Part shown: one piece after another, positions 38,501-50,306 of the stretch
How the letters are laid out: the number at the start of each line of letters is the position of its first letter
Position numbering within the stretch: position 1 is the first letter of the stretch
NCBI GenBank assembly: GCA_965112735.1
Contig: OZ218957.1
Span: forward strand, 496,001-560,000
Reading direction: 5' to 3'
DNA from: Phaeosaccion multiseriatum
Taxonomy: Eukaryota; Protista; Ochrophyta, other classes
DNA: 64,000 bases
Notes under the pieces: generated by a model
The model's database searches: none
What the model was told of the DNA's origin: nothing
The model's input: the letters and a program-made list of their open reading frames with translations, nothing else
Position numbers and translations under genes: made by a program

Positions 38501-39882
38501 ACGTTGTTGCCCACCGCCACCAGCACCGTGCCGTCGGGACTCATGCCAAGCTGCTCCACGGACTGTTGTGTGATGTGGAGGGAGGGAGGGAGGGAGGGAG
38601 GGAGGGAGGGAGGGAGGGAAGGAGGGAGGGAGGGAGGGAGGGAGGGAGGGAGGGAGGGAGGGAGGGAGGGAGGGAGGGAGGGAGGGAGGGAGGGAGGGAG
38701 GGAGGGAGGGAGGGAGGGAGGGAGGGAGGGAGGGAGGGAGAGAGGGAGGGAGGGAGGGTCGGAATAAGCGTGGGGGCGAGGGTGGGGCGCAATGAGGAGT
38801 GAGTGAGGGGTGGCAAGCAGCACAGACGAGTTGTGGGGGGGGGGGTGGTGGGGCTGTAGGGGGCGCATACAGGTTCTGTTTATTACGTGTGCCGGGTGAG
38901 ATTGGGAGTGAGCGGAGGAGAGGGGAAGGGATGGGAAGCGAGCAGGTTGTTTCGCAGGTACGACCTAGCGGACGGTCATATGCATATGCTTACCACCAGT
39001 GCTCCGGCCAGATCTGTGTGGTTCCACTCTCGTAGGAGGCTGAGGGCCCCGGTGGCGTCATCCACGCTGAACCAAGCCAGCCCCCCCCAGTCTCCCCCCA
39101 CGTACAGGCTGCTGCTGCTACTGCGGCTCACAGACGCAAGCACGCTGTAGGCGGCGTTTTGCGCCGGACTCTCAAAGGCGCTGGAGTTGCCGAACGCGAA
39201 ATTGTGTCCTTCGTCTGTGTGGAAGGAACAAAGACGGGCGGAGGAGGAGGAGGAGGAGGAGGAGGAGGAGGAGGAGGAGAGCAGCAGCGGCAGCAGGAGG
39301 AGGAGCAGCAGCAGCAGGAGCAGCAGGAGGAGAGGACGAGGAGAAGGACGAGGAGCAAGAAGAGAGCGCGGGTGCCGTAAATACAAAGTGGAGAGGCGGA
39401 ATGATTGGGAGAAAAACACAAACCAACGGGATACCAAACCACCAATACGAAGGGTTTCCTCCGGAAAGTAGAGGGAGATTGTTTTGTTTGACAACGCTTA
39501 TTCCGCTGCAAGGTTCGCAGTGTCCTGGACTCTCGGTGTAGGCCCACGCTTGTTTGCAGTACTCACATGTCAGGCTTCCCCCCTCGACGACTGCCACGGC
39601 AGCTGCATTTGCGATAGTCAAGGCAGAGGCAGCAGCAGTTGCCGCCCACGACACCCTCATCCGCGAGTTCCTTCTCTTCCCTACTGCAGCCGTGGCGGCT
39701 CCACTTCGCCTCATCGTCGCCGCGGTTCGTCCTTCTCTACCACTGGCCTCGTTGCACCCCCCTTTTGCTTCTCTCCTCCCCTCTCTTGTTGTCCATCTCC
39801 CCCCTTCAAGCCGCGCCTGCTGCTGTTGCTCCTGCTCCTGCCCTGACCTTCCCTCTGCTCGATGCACTGATGCGTCTCCCAT
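35592..39882 (-). CDS. Putative single-pass membrane protein: lactonase-like beta-propeller, TM helix, then TPR repeats
   Basis: Exons (approx.) 39882-39568, 39214-38994, 38562-37901, 37673-37103, 36903-36201, 35911-35744, 35606-35592. Propeller blades MSPDGTVL, FSPDSSQ, VHPSGKYVYVA, FSTDGLWAY, ITADSHHVYV; TM FIAMMSTLSGGALLLLCCCYKKR; TPRs AHNNLGLLL, AHNNLGMLL, AHNSLAYLL, AHYNLGFLL. An alternative start at 39660 (MRVSWAATAAASALTIANAAA) is signal-like. Confidence 0.78.
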
Positions 39883-40238
39883 AGTCGTCGCTCGGGGACA
39901 AGGCCTCCCCTCCCAGGTCTTGTTCTCGTTAGTCAAGACGGCATGGTCTAACCAGAAGATCACAGGATGCAACTTCTTTACGAGATCGACAGGCTTAATC
40001 TCTCGACACTACACAACAAGCCGTCAACTCAAGACACTTGCTATTTCCTTTATTGCCCACCCTTGTTCGCCGAATTTTCTGTAACCTCTTTCGTGACTTA
40101 CGATACCGACTCCATTTATGGTATTCGACCGACTCCATGGTATTCGATATTCGATAATTGATATTGGCCTTCTTCATGTGTTGGTGCTCCACGGACAAAG
40201 CAGTGGGGCTTCATCGAAGCATTTCACAATCCAGGCTC

Positions 40239-41850
40239 ATGTCAGCCGCGTTGTATGCACAGGTCGAAGTCGCCGACCACGGCAACTACCACGAGTATTA
40301 CCTCAAACGCTATGCGGTGCCCGTCCAGAAAAGCAAGGGTTTTTCGGCACAGCCACCTTCTGCCGCACCCTTTGGAGGAGAGGGGGAAGGGGAAGATCAG
40401 CACCAGGACCACCAGCAGCAGCAGCAGCACTTAATCACGGACTGTGTAGACCCCCGCATCAAGTCTTTGAAGCGGGGCTGGTTCGAAGGGAAAGACTGCT
40501 TGGACATTGGATGCAACTCTGGTGAGTGAATGAGAGAGTGAGTGAGTGACAGAGTGGATGAGGTTAGTGAGTGATTGATTGAATGAGTGAGTGAGTCGGT
40601 GAGTGGGGGAGGGAGGGACGGAGGCAGGGAGGGAATGAGTGATTGAGTTGGTGAGTGAGTGAGTGAGTGATGGATAAGTGTTTGAACTATTACGCACGCC
40701 TCGCTGGCTCCTCGAGCAACCAAATCTCTTCCCGACCCACTCCACGAATCTCAATCTGCCCTCCCTTGCCCCCTGTGACTTGTCGGACCCCACCCCCCCC
40801 CTCTGTGTGGCTTGTCGTTTGCCTCTCTCAGGAGCGCTAACCGTTGCCCTCGCATTGCAGTTTCAAGTCAAGTCTATGAGAGGCATTGACTACGACGCGG
40901 ATCTCGTTGCGAAGGCTCGCAGGCGAGCAGCCCAGGCGACAAGGCCATTGCTCCGTCGGGACAGCTGTAAAACAGCACTCATCCCTCCAGTCTTGCGACG
41001 AAAGAGGGCTGCAACGCTTGCAGCAGCGCGTGCAGCTGTGGTATTGAGGGATGGAGTGACTGGGCTTCGAGGAGGAGTGGCAGTAGGAAAAGGAGAAGGG
41101 AGGGGGTCAAGGGCGTGTACTGGAAGCGCAAAAGATGGAGGCGGCCCACCCACAAGGGAAGCAGTCCCACCAGCAGGGCACGGCGCAGCAGCGGCAGTTG
41201 GTGATACAGCAGCAGCAGTGCGGAGACCTGTGATATCCTTCGCGACAGAGGATTTTTGCGCCGGTGCTGCTACTTGTACTGTATCACCAACTGCCGCATC
41301 GCCGCCTCCTCTCCCTCAACAGCACCAGCAGCACCAGCACCAGCACCAGCACCAGCACCAGCAGGAGCAACAAGAACAACACTCATGCAGCCCCCCTGGA
41401 GAGGACGCAGGCGCGGCGGTCGAAGTCAAGGAGTGTTACGACGTCATCTCAGCGTTCAGTGTATCAAAGTGGGTGCAGCTTCACCAAGGAGATGCTGGCC
41501 TCCAAGCCATGTTCCGCAAGGTGCACGGGTTGTTAAAGGAGGACGGGCTCTTTGTGCTGGAGCCGCAGTCGTGGAAGTCGTATAGAAAACGGCAAAAGAC
41601 CATGTGTGCGCACATGCGAGGCCACTTCCTGCACATTGAGATGCGCCCCACCTCCTTTGTGCCGTTTCTGGAGCGTGAGGTGGGCTTTGAATGCATTGCC
41701 GGGCCTCTGCTGCCGGAGGGTCAGCCCAAGGCTTTCCGCCGGCCAATCTACGTCCTGCGCAAGAAGAGAGTTGGCAGTGGTAGCACCAGCAGCGGTAGCA
41801 GTAGCAGCGACGGCAGCAGCAGCAGCAGCAGCAGCAGCAGCGTACGATGA
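40239..41850 (+). CDS. MEPCE: Bin3/MePCE-family RNA methylphosphate capping methyltransferase, two exons (40239-40521, 40832-41850)
   Basis: HGNYHEYY, DPRIKSLKRGWFEGKDCLDIGCNSG, YDVISAFSVSKWVQLHQGDAGL, FVLEPQSWKSYRKR, FRRPIYV. Confidence 0.93.
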
Positions 41851-42168
41851 GGCGGCTGGGCAAGGAGGGGTGCGGCCATGACTCTCTGGTACGAGGAATG
41901 ATCCTTCTCCTTCTCCTCGATTAGAGAAAGGATATCTGTAAGGAGGAGACCGATACCGCTCCTGCTGCTCTACCAGTCTCCCGTCTATAAGTATAGATAG
42001 TGATACCGAAAAGAGCAGCATTTCTATTTTGTGTCTCTAAAAGAACGGCGTGTGTCGTTGTTGACTGAAGTAACAAATCGCCGCAATTAAAGGGGCGCCT
42101 CCTCTCCACCGCGCGGCGCACGACCAGCTGTAACAGTTGGTGCTCCACATTACACAAAACTGGATGCG

Positions 42169-45100
42169 CTATGACACCACCTCTTCATTGGAGCTGACCA
42201 CAACTTGCCGGGTGCGGCTCTCGACGATGTAGTGGCTGTCATCCTCCTCGTCGTACCCTCCTCGCATGGCGACGATCTGCGCCTTGTGGGGCGCCACGCG
42301 GGCTTGCATCGTCGCCAGTCGTCGCATGAAGTCCTTCTTCATCCTGTTGGGAGGGTGGGAGGGGAGGGGAAGTGGGTAGGGTAGTGGGTGGTGTGAAACA
42401 CTTTGGATGTTACGAAAGATGGACGTATACTACCGAGAAAAGTGGGTGGTAGTGGCTGGGTAGTTGGGTGACGAGAAAGGACACACAGTATGATAGAGAG
42501 GATGCACCCACGCGCACGCACACGCACGCACACGCACGCACACACACACGCACGCACGCACGCACCTGATCTTCTTGCCCAGAGTGGCCCTCTGCTTGCG
42601 TCTGTCCTCCGCCCTGTCCAGCCGCTCGAAGTCCCTCTCGTACTTGCGGAGGTTCTTCACTATCTTGCGCTTCTCGTCTCCGCTCAGGAGGGAGGCGGGT
42701 CGAGGCCGCCACAGGATTTGGTAAAAGTTGTCCTTCTTGAATTCGAAGAAGTCCACTCCTTGGAACGAGTACAGCCGGTACCTAGGACGGGATGGCACAC
42801 AAGAGAGGGAGAAAGAGAGAAGGGGGGGGAGAGGGTGAGTGAGAGTGGCACAGAAGGAAGGGAAAGGAGGGAAAAGGAGAGAGGTAGAGAGACAGATAGA
42901 GAGAGAGGAGACGAGAGAGAGATACACATACAGAGAGAGAGAAGAGAGGGAATACAGACGCAGGCTTGAGGAGGGAAGTGTGGAGGTCGCGTCAGAGAGA
43001 GGAGGTGCGTGGTGTAGATCGATATCTGTTGTCTCTTCGAATCGAAGACACCCCCCCCCACACACACAAACACCGCCAAAACTCTCTCCTCAAAACGAGC
43101 CTTGGCCAAATCTACAAACCCACCACCTCCCCCTCCCTCCCTGCCTCTCCTTCACTCCCCCGCGTCGCTCTCACGCACGTACGTACCCGTTGTCCATCTG
43201 CGCCTTCCAATTGCTGCCCTCCACCGCCTGAGTCACAGCCGTCACCACGAACCGTCCTGACCGATCCCACTCAATGTACGAACAGCGGAAGTGCTCGGTC
43301 TGGCGGAAGGTGGCCTTGTTCTCGGTGTCGAAGAACTCGAGGTAGCCATTGGCCCCGGCATTGTCCCCCATGGCAGCAAGTACAATGTACTGCCCCGTGG
43401 GCGACCAGTAGAGGTGGTTGCACGGTCGATCTTCGAGGGCACACAGCTCCGTCAACTCGTTCTCGCCCTTTCCACCATTCATGGTGTAGAATGTAACCGT
43501 CATGGATGAGGGGCGCTCTCCGTGGATGATGGCGAAACGGTCTCCCTGCGGCTCCCACGCAAAGGCCACGACGGGGTCCTTCATCTCCATCATCTCGACA
43601 GGCACGAGCTCCTCCTTGACGCGGAAGAGCTCAAAGTTGTTGTACTGCGTCTTCTTACTCTTGCTGTGCCGCAACACCTTGACACAGAGGAAGACACCCT
43701 CGGCCTGCCAGTGCAGCCGGCAGTCTGACACGTGGAACAAGTTCTTCTGTCGCATCTCCTTCCGCGACGGAATCTCCACCACGCTCACTCTTGCCGGGGT
43801 ATTGTCCTGCTCAGGGGCCCAGTAGGCCAGCACATTGCCATTGGGAGACCACTCAAAGTCACGCACGCCCACCGCCTTGAGCGACTTCCTGTCGAGCAGC
43901 TTCATGGAGGGCAGCTCGTAAATTGAGATGAGGTCCTTGCCTCGCCTCGCCAGGTAGTTACCGTCGTGACTCCACTGAAACATGCTCGGGCCTGAGTCGC
44001 CGAGAATGAGCATGGGGAAGCCTCGAATCTCCTGTCCGCTCAACAAATCCCACACCACAATGGCGCGCTCACTCTGGTCAAAATTGCAAGTCACCATGTA
44101 GTTTTCGCACGGGGAGAAATCCACAATCTTCACACCGGCGTGGGAGAAGCGGCCCTGCTTCGTAAAGTCATCCCCTCCCCACAGCGCCAGACCGGGGGCA
44201 TGGAGGGTCGAGAGATACGTTCCCTGAGGAGACCAAATGGCGTAGAGTTCGCACCAGCTCTTGCCGCTCTCCTTCTCGCGCTCTCCTCCGTAGCAGAGCG
44301 TAGGGGGGACGCCCTTTTCGCACCACAACACCTCCGTCTCATGCGTGGATTGGCCCGCAGGGTTGGGGTTCGAGTACCTGAAAAAGTGTGAAGCAAAGCA
44401 AAGTTCGGAAGAAAATATGCACGTACACAAAGCAGATTGGTACAATGGATATCAGAGCAATACAGTGTGTGTGTGTGATGGCACAAATGCATCGTAGTGC
44501 ATGGGAGAGCATTGCGTTCCTTCTCTCGCTCGCCTTTCCCCTGTGGCCCCTCTGGCTGGCCCCTCTGGCTGGCCCCTCTGGCTGGCCCCTCTGGCTGGCC
44601 CCTCTGTCTCACACGCTTTCTGGCTGGTGTCTTGTGCCTTGTCCGTGGTGTCTGTCTGTGTCGTACCCTGCCCCCCTCCCCTCTTTCCTTTTTTCGCTCC
44701 CCTCCCCTCCTCCCCCTCTCTCTCCGCTCTTCCCTCCCCTCCTCTCTCTCCGCTCCTCCCTCCCTCCCTCCCTCCCTCCCTTCCTTCCTTCCACTGACGA
44801 CAGACCACTGACCTGATCATGAACTGATCTCTGTGCGCCGGGTCCGCCAGCCAGGCGGAGGGATCCACTCGTGGTCTGAAGCCGGGATTGTTGGGCACGG
44901 TATATTCCTCGGGGACCTTTGTCGACACAGAGGAAGGGGGAGGGGAAGAGGACAGAGGGGCGGCGGGGGCAAAGGTGGTAGGGTAGGGAGGGTAGATGTA
45001 TGTACGAACGCATGTATGCATGTACGTAAGCGCAGGGTCAGAGATCCGAGGTAGTGGGGGTGGCGAATCACTCTGTCCATCTCTCCATCGATACTCAAAA

Positions 45101-45863
45101 ACATCAAACACACCTTGGAGAGCTTGTTGAGATCGGAGTAGGGCGTCACGCTCAGCGTGTGAGTCTTGTCCAGCGCCCAGTTGTTCAGCGTGAGCACAGC
45201 CTGCGGAAGTGGGTTAGTTGCAGTCCGAGGTTCGCTTAGCGTGGCTGGGGATGCGTCATGGACAGGCTGGTCAGGCGCTACATACCAGAGGCCTCGCAAT
45301 AGGCCCAGCAGCAGCGAAATATAATGCGCGCCAAGACCAGAAGAGCATGGCAGCCTTCGTCGGTGCCGTCGCCTTCGACGCTACGAGGACTACCAATCGA
45401 CCAAGCCAAGCCAGGTCACAGGCGTCCTCGTTGCCCCCCAACGCTCTTCCTCTCCAAAAGCAATACATAGACTGTCGCGCCCTCCCCATTGTGCATCAGC
45501 CTTCTCTGCCCCATACCAGTACTTGCTGCTCACCTTGCCGGCCTCCTCTGCGGAGGTGTAGTTGACAAAGGCAAAGCCAGCGCTGAGCCCGCTCGACTCC
45601 TCCACCGGCATCTCCAGCCCGTCCTCGTCGATAGTACCCATCTGGCCGAACACCTTCCTCACCACCCCAAACAGCTTGTCGTACTTGCCAGAGTCCACCT
45701 TTGGCAGGTTGTCCACCACCACGGCGCTGGCAAAGTCCGTCCGCATGCGAGGCATCTGGTCTCCCATCTCTCTCTGCATGAGGTCTGCGTCTCCTTCATC
45801 CTCGCTCATGTACTCTGCGAGCTCCTGGATCTCCTCCTCCATCTCTTGCTCGTACTCGTACAT
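42169..45863 (-). CDS. EIF3B: Eukaryotic translation initiation factor 3 subunit B, multi-exon
   Basis: RRM VVVDNLPKV...GFAFVNY; LDKTHTL; WSPQGTYL, WGG, DFSPCENY, FQWSHDG, WSPNGN, FAWEPQGDRF, LYWSPTGQY, EWDRSGRFV, MDNGY, WRPRPASLL, KNLRKY. Confidence 0.96.
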
Positions 45864-45872
45864 GGCTACTGC

Positions 45873-45913
45873 TTAGGGTTAGGGTTAGGGTTAGGTTAGG
45901 GTTAGGGTCAGGG
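45873..45913. repeat. Interstitial telomere-like (TTAGGG)n tract at the 3' end of a probable eIF3b 5'-UTR intron
   Basis: TTAGGGTTAGGGTTAGGGTTAGGTTAGGGTTAGGGTCAGGG. Confidence 0.85.
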
Positions 45914-46624
45914 AAAGGGCTAGGGTGCGAAGAGGGTTTAAGAATCCAGGCTTTAATTGAGAGGCGGTCGACGACGCAAGAACCTCCCTCCTTCGCAGCG
46001 CCTAAACATCCTCCTTCACTTCTCACCTCTCTGCACTGCCCGTCCGTATCCTTCTCCTAAAGGTATATAAAGGTATATAAAGGGAAAGGGAGGGGAAGGG
46101 GTGAGTGCCACACACTGGAGCTCCATTTTCAATCTCGACCTCGAGATATTTTCCCATCCTCCTCCGATCGATTCCTTCCCTCCTCTCCTCATTTTTTATT
46201 GTTCTCTATCACCCGTGGGAAGGGCGGCAGGAGCGGCATATTCTCAACGGAGGCCCCATACTTGTTGCTCTGTGTGGTGGCTTTTGGCCTTCCTTCTCGG
46301 GTGGAGTGCGAAGGTGGACGAAAGGTTTCACGACTAAGGGTCCACAGGGGAGAAAAGGCAGGAGAAACAGCATTGTAGCATAAGAGAAGCAGCCGGAGCA
46401 GCAGGAGAAGTCGCAGGAGTGGACACAGCTCTAAAGCATAGGGAGGAGGGGAGGACGAACTATTTGCTACGTCAGGAAGGGGTGTATGAAGCAAGTTCTT
46501 GGAAGGGCGAGGCATTGAAGCACCCAACAGGACCGGGTGGCTCCCTCTGATGGGAGTTCAAGTAAGAGTGTAGAGACAACCTCATGCCGGACTTGTAGGG
46601 AGACCTGCTTGTCTCGGAGCAGCC

Positions 46625-49600
46625 ATGTGGGGCTTTTGGGGAGGCAAGAAGGCCTCTGGTGCAGATGGCGATGGGGGCGACCGGAGCAGGCAGACCACCA
46701 CCCCTGCCATGTCCTCCGCCATGTCTCCGACGGGCAACCCGTTCTCCTCTCTGGGCAGCGGAAGGCAGCACACCGTCATGACGGTCGAGATCACGCACGA
46801 TGGCATCCGAGTCCCGGTGCATCAGAGGAGACCCACCAGCGGGGGGGAGAGGGAGACGGAGTGGGGGGTCATACTTCAGCTGCTCCAGAACAAAAACTAT
46901 CACGTGCAGGTGAGCACGCGTGGGGGTGGATCTCGCTCTTGCGGGGGTGGGGGAGGGGTGCGAGTGGAAGTGGAAGTAGGGCTGGGAGCTCTCTCTCGAG
47001 GGGGAGAGTCGCTCGAACGAAGTGCTGTATCACCAACTGCTGCCCATGACTACACGGAGAAAGGGCACACCGTCCAGCGCGCTTGCCCCTCCTCGGGCGG
47101 TTTTCTCTCTCCGCCCTCGAGGGCACCAGCCTTTTCCTTCCTTTCCCTTCCTTTAAACCCGTCGACTAGTCATGCATAGAGGCATGACCCTCCTCCTCTC
47201 TCCTCCCCTCCACCCCCCCCACACACACACCCTCTCACGCATCACGCCCCGCAGAAAAAGGCAGGCGCTGCGCTGAGACAGTACGTTGAGTCTGCCGTGC
47301 GAGAAATGTCCTCAGACACCTTCATCAGCTTCGAGAACGGGCTCTATGCCCGCGTGTTTCAGCTCCTCAATAGTGACGACCTCGCTCTCAAACTGGTGGG
47401 GGTGGAGGCTCTTGACGCCCTCATTGATGCCTCCTCCGCTCAGGTGAGGAGCTGTATCACCAACTACTAGTGCTATTTCTCTACTGCTCCTCTGCTGCTG
47501 ACTTGAAAGAACGTTCCACAAACGAGCTTGTTCGTGCATCTTGATTACTGAAGGCCAACGATGCTGCCCTTGCTTGCCCTTGTGTGCTCCTCCTCCTCCT
47601 CCTCCTCCTCCTCCTCCTCCTCCTCCTCCTCTCCTACTCCTCCTCCTCCTCCTCTCCTACTCCTCCTCCTCTCCTCCTCCTCCTCCTCCTCCTTCCCTCC
47701 ACCCCCAGTCCGAGCTGAAGATCGTGAAGTTCAGCAACAACCTGTCCAACACCCTCCGCACGAGTCAGGACTTTGTGCTGCTTGAGAAGGTGGCCAAGGC
47801 GCTGGGCCGCATGGCCAAGTACGTGAAACTCAAACTGACTGGCTGACTGACTGACTGACTGACTGACTGACTGACTGACTGACTGACTGACTGACTGACT
47901 GACCGACTACCTGCTTGACTACCTGCCTCACTCACTCCATGACTGACCTATTGACTGACCTATACGGTGTATGGCTGCCTCCGTGCTGGCACGTCGCAGC
48001 CCCTTTCACAAGGCCGTTAGAGGCGTCTTCACTCACCTCACGTCTTGCTACTGTATTTAGTCTGACCCGTCTATGCCCATATACCTGCCCATCTGCCTGC
48101 AGATCGTCTCTGGTGCCCAACGTGGACTACGTGGAGTTTGAGCTCAACAGGTCAGTGAGTGTGTGTGCGTGAGTCATCTCTCTCTCCATGTCCCACCCAC
48201 CCACCCACCCCCCCCCAACTCCACCCCAACCCTCTCACAACACAAACAGGGCGTTAGAGTGGTTACATGCCAAGCTGTGGCACCGCCGCTTGGCGGCCTG
48301 TCTCGTGCTCCGAGAACTTTCCCAGAACGCTCCTACGACCTTCTACGCCAAGATTCGAGAGTTCTTTGAGCGAGTCATGCCGGTGCTCACGGATAAGATG
48401 GAGATCATTCGGAGGAGTGCGGCAGAGGCGTTGAGTAGGGGCCTTGCCATTCTCAGACAGAGGAGTTCAAGATTCCACCTGCATTGGTGAGAGGGAAGGG
48501 GGATGGGGAGGGGGAGGGGGGCAGGGAAGGGGAAGGGAGGGAATGGGAGGGGAGAGGAAGGAAGGGGAAGGGAAGGGAGGGGGGGGGGGGAGGGAGGGGA
48601 GGGGGAGGGGAGGAGGAGGGAAGGGGGAGGGGAGGGGAAGGACCAATCCATTTCACCTATCAACCATCCGACCAACCAAACCAACCCATCGAACCCCATG
48701 ACACATACCCACGCCACCCAACGCAACAGGTACTGCAACATCTACGATGCCCTCATCTCGGGCCTGTCCAAGGGCTCTGAATACGAGGTGGGTGTCAGGA
48801 CAGAGAGTGCGTGTCAGGACAGTGGGTATATGGGGTGTCAGGACAGTGGGTATGTAGGGTGTCAGGACAGTGAGTGGCTGTCAGGACAGAGAGTGGGTGT
48901 CAGGACAGTGAGTGGGTGTCAGGGCAGTGAGTGGGTGTCAGGACAGTGAGTGGGTGCCAGGACAGTGGGTGTATGGGGTGTCAGGACAGTGAGTGGGTGT
49001 CAGGACTGGGTATATGGGGTGTCAGGACTGTGGGTGGGTGTCAGGACAGTGAGTGGGTGTCAGGACAGGGAGTGGTGTCAGGACAGTGGGTATATGGGGT
49101 GTCAGGACAGTGGGTATGTAGGGTGTCAGGACAGTGGGTTTACGGGTGTCAGGACAGTGAGTGGGTGTCAGGACTGTGAGTGGATGTCAGGACAGTGGGG
49201 ATATGGGGTGTCAGGACAGTAGTGGGTGTCAGGACAGGGAGTGGGTGTCAGGACAGTGAGTGGGTGTCAGGAAAGTTGAGTGGGTGTCAGGACAGTGAGT
49301 GGGTGTCAGGACAGTGAGTGGGTGTCAGGACAGTGAGTGGATGTCAGGAAAGTGAGTGGATGTCAGGACAGTGGGGATACGGTGTGTCAGGACAGTGAGT
49401 GGGTGTCAGGACTGGGTATATGGGGTGTCAGGACTGTGGGTGGGCGTCAGGACAGTGGTGGGTGTCAGGACAGGGAGTGGTGTCAGGACAGGGAGTGGTG
49501 TCAGGACAGTGAGTGGATGCCGATTGCTGGCCTGTTGGAGAGAGCGTACGTTGCTCAGTTGGAGTATGTTTTCAATTCTTCTTATGCATCCATCTGTTCG

Positions 49601-50153
49601 TTAGGTGCATGGCTCGCTGAACATGGTGGAGGCCATGTTCGAGCACTCGGGGGACTTCATGGTGCCACGCTTCAAGGAGGTGTGCGACGCTGTCATGTTG
49701 CTCAAGGTAAGGGGTGTTGGTATCGAAGGGTAACTTGATCCTTGAGCCGTCATGTTGCTCAAGGTAAAGGGTGTTGCTGTCGAAGGGGAGGGGGTACACG
49801 TGTGGTGCGTGTTGAGTGTCATCGCCCATGCTTGCTCACTCACTGCTGTATCACCAACTGCTGCCGCTGCCCATAGGACCACAAGTCTTCCCTGGTGCGT
49901 CAGACGGTGACGTCACTGCTTCCCCGTTTGGCCAAGTACAGTCCCGACGCCTTCGCCCGAATGTACCTCAAGGTGAGCGGATGGCAGTACATGGGGCTAG
50001 TGAGGGCAGAGGGGATGGCAGTGGATGCGGTCAGCTGAGAGGGGTGCGGAGGGCAACAGCCAACGAGCATGTCACAGCCAACACGTCACACACGAAACCA
50101 AGTGTACAGCGCTAGTACTACTACTACTACTACTACTGCTGCTACTACTACTG

Positions 50154-50185
<32 letters not shown>

Positions 50186-50269
50186 GCTACTACTGCTACT
50201 ACTACTACTACTACGACTACTACTACCACTACTACTACTACTACTACTACTGCTGCTGCTACTGCTGCT

Positions 50270-50306
<37 letters not shown>

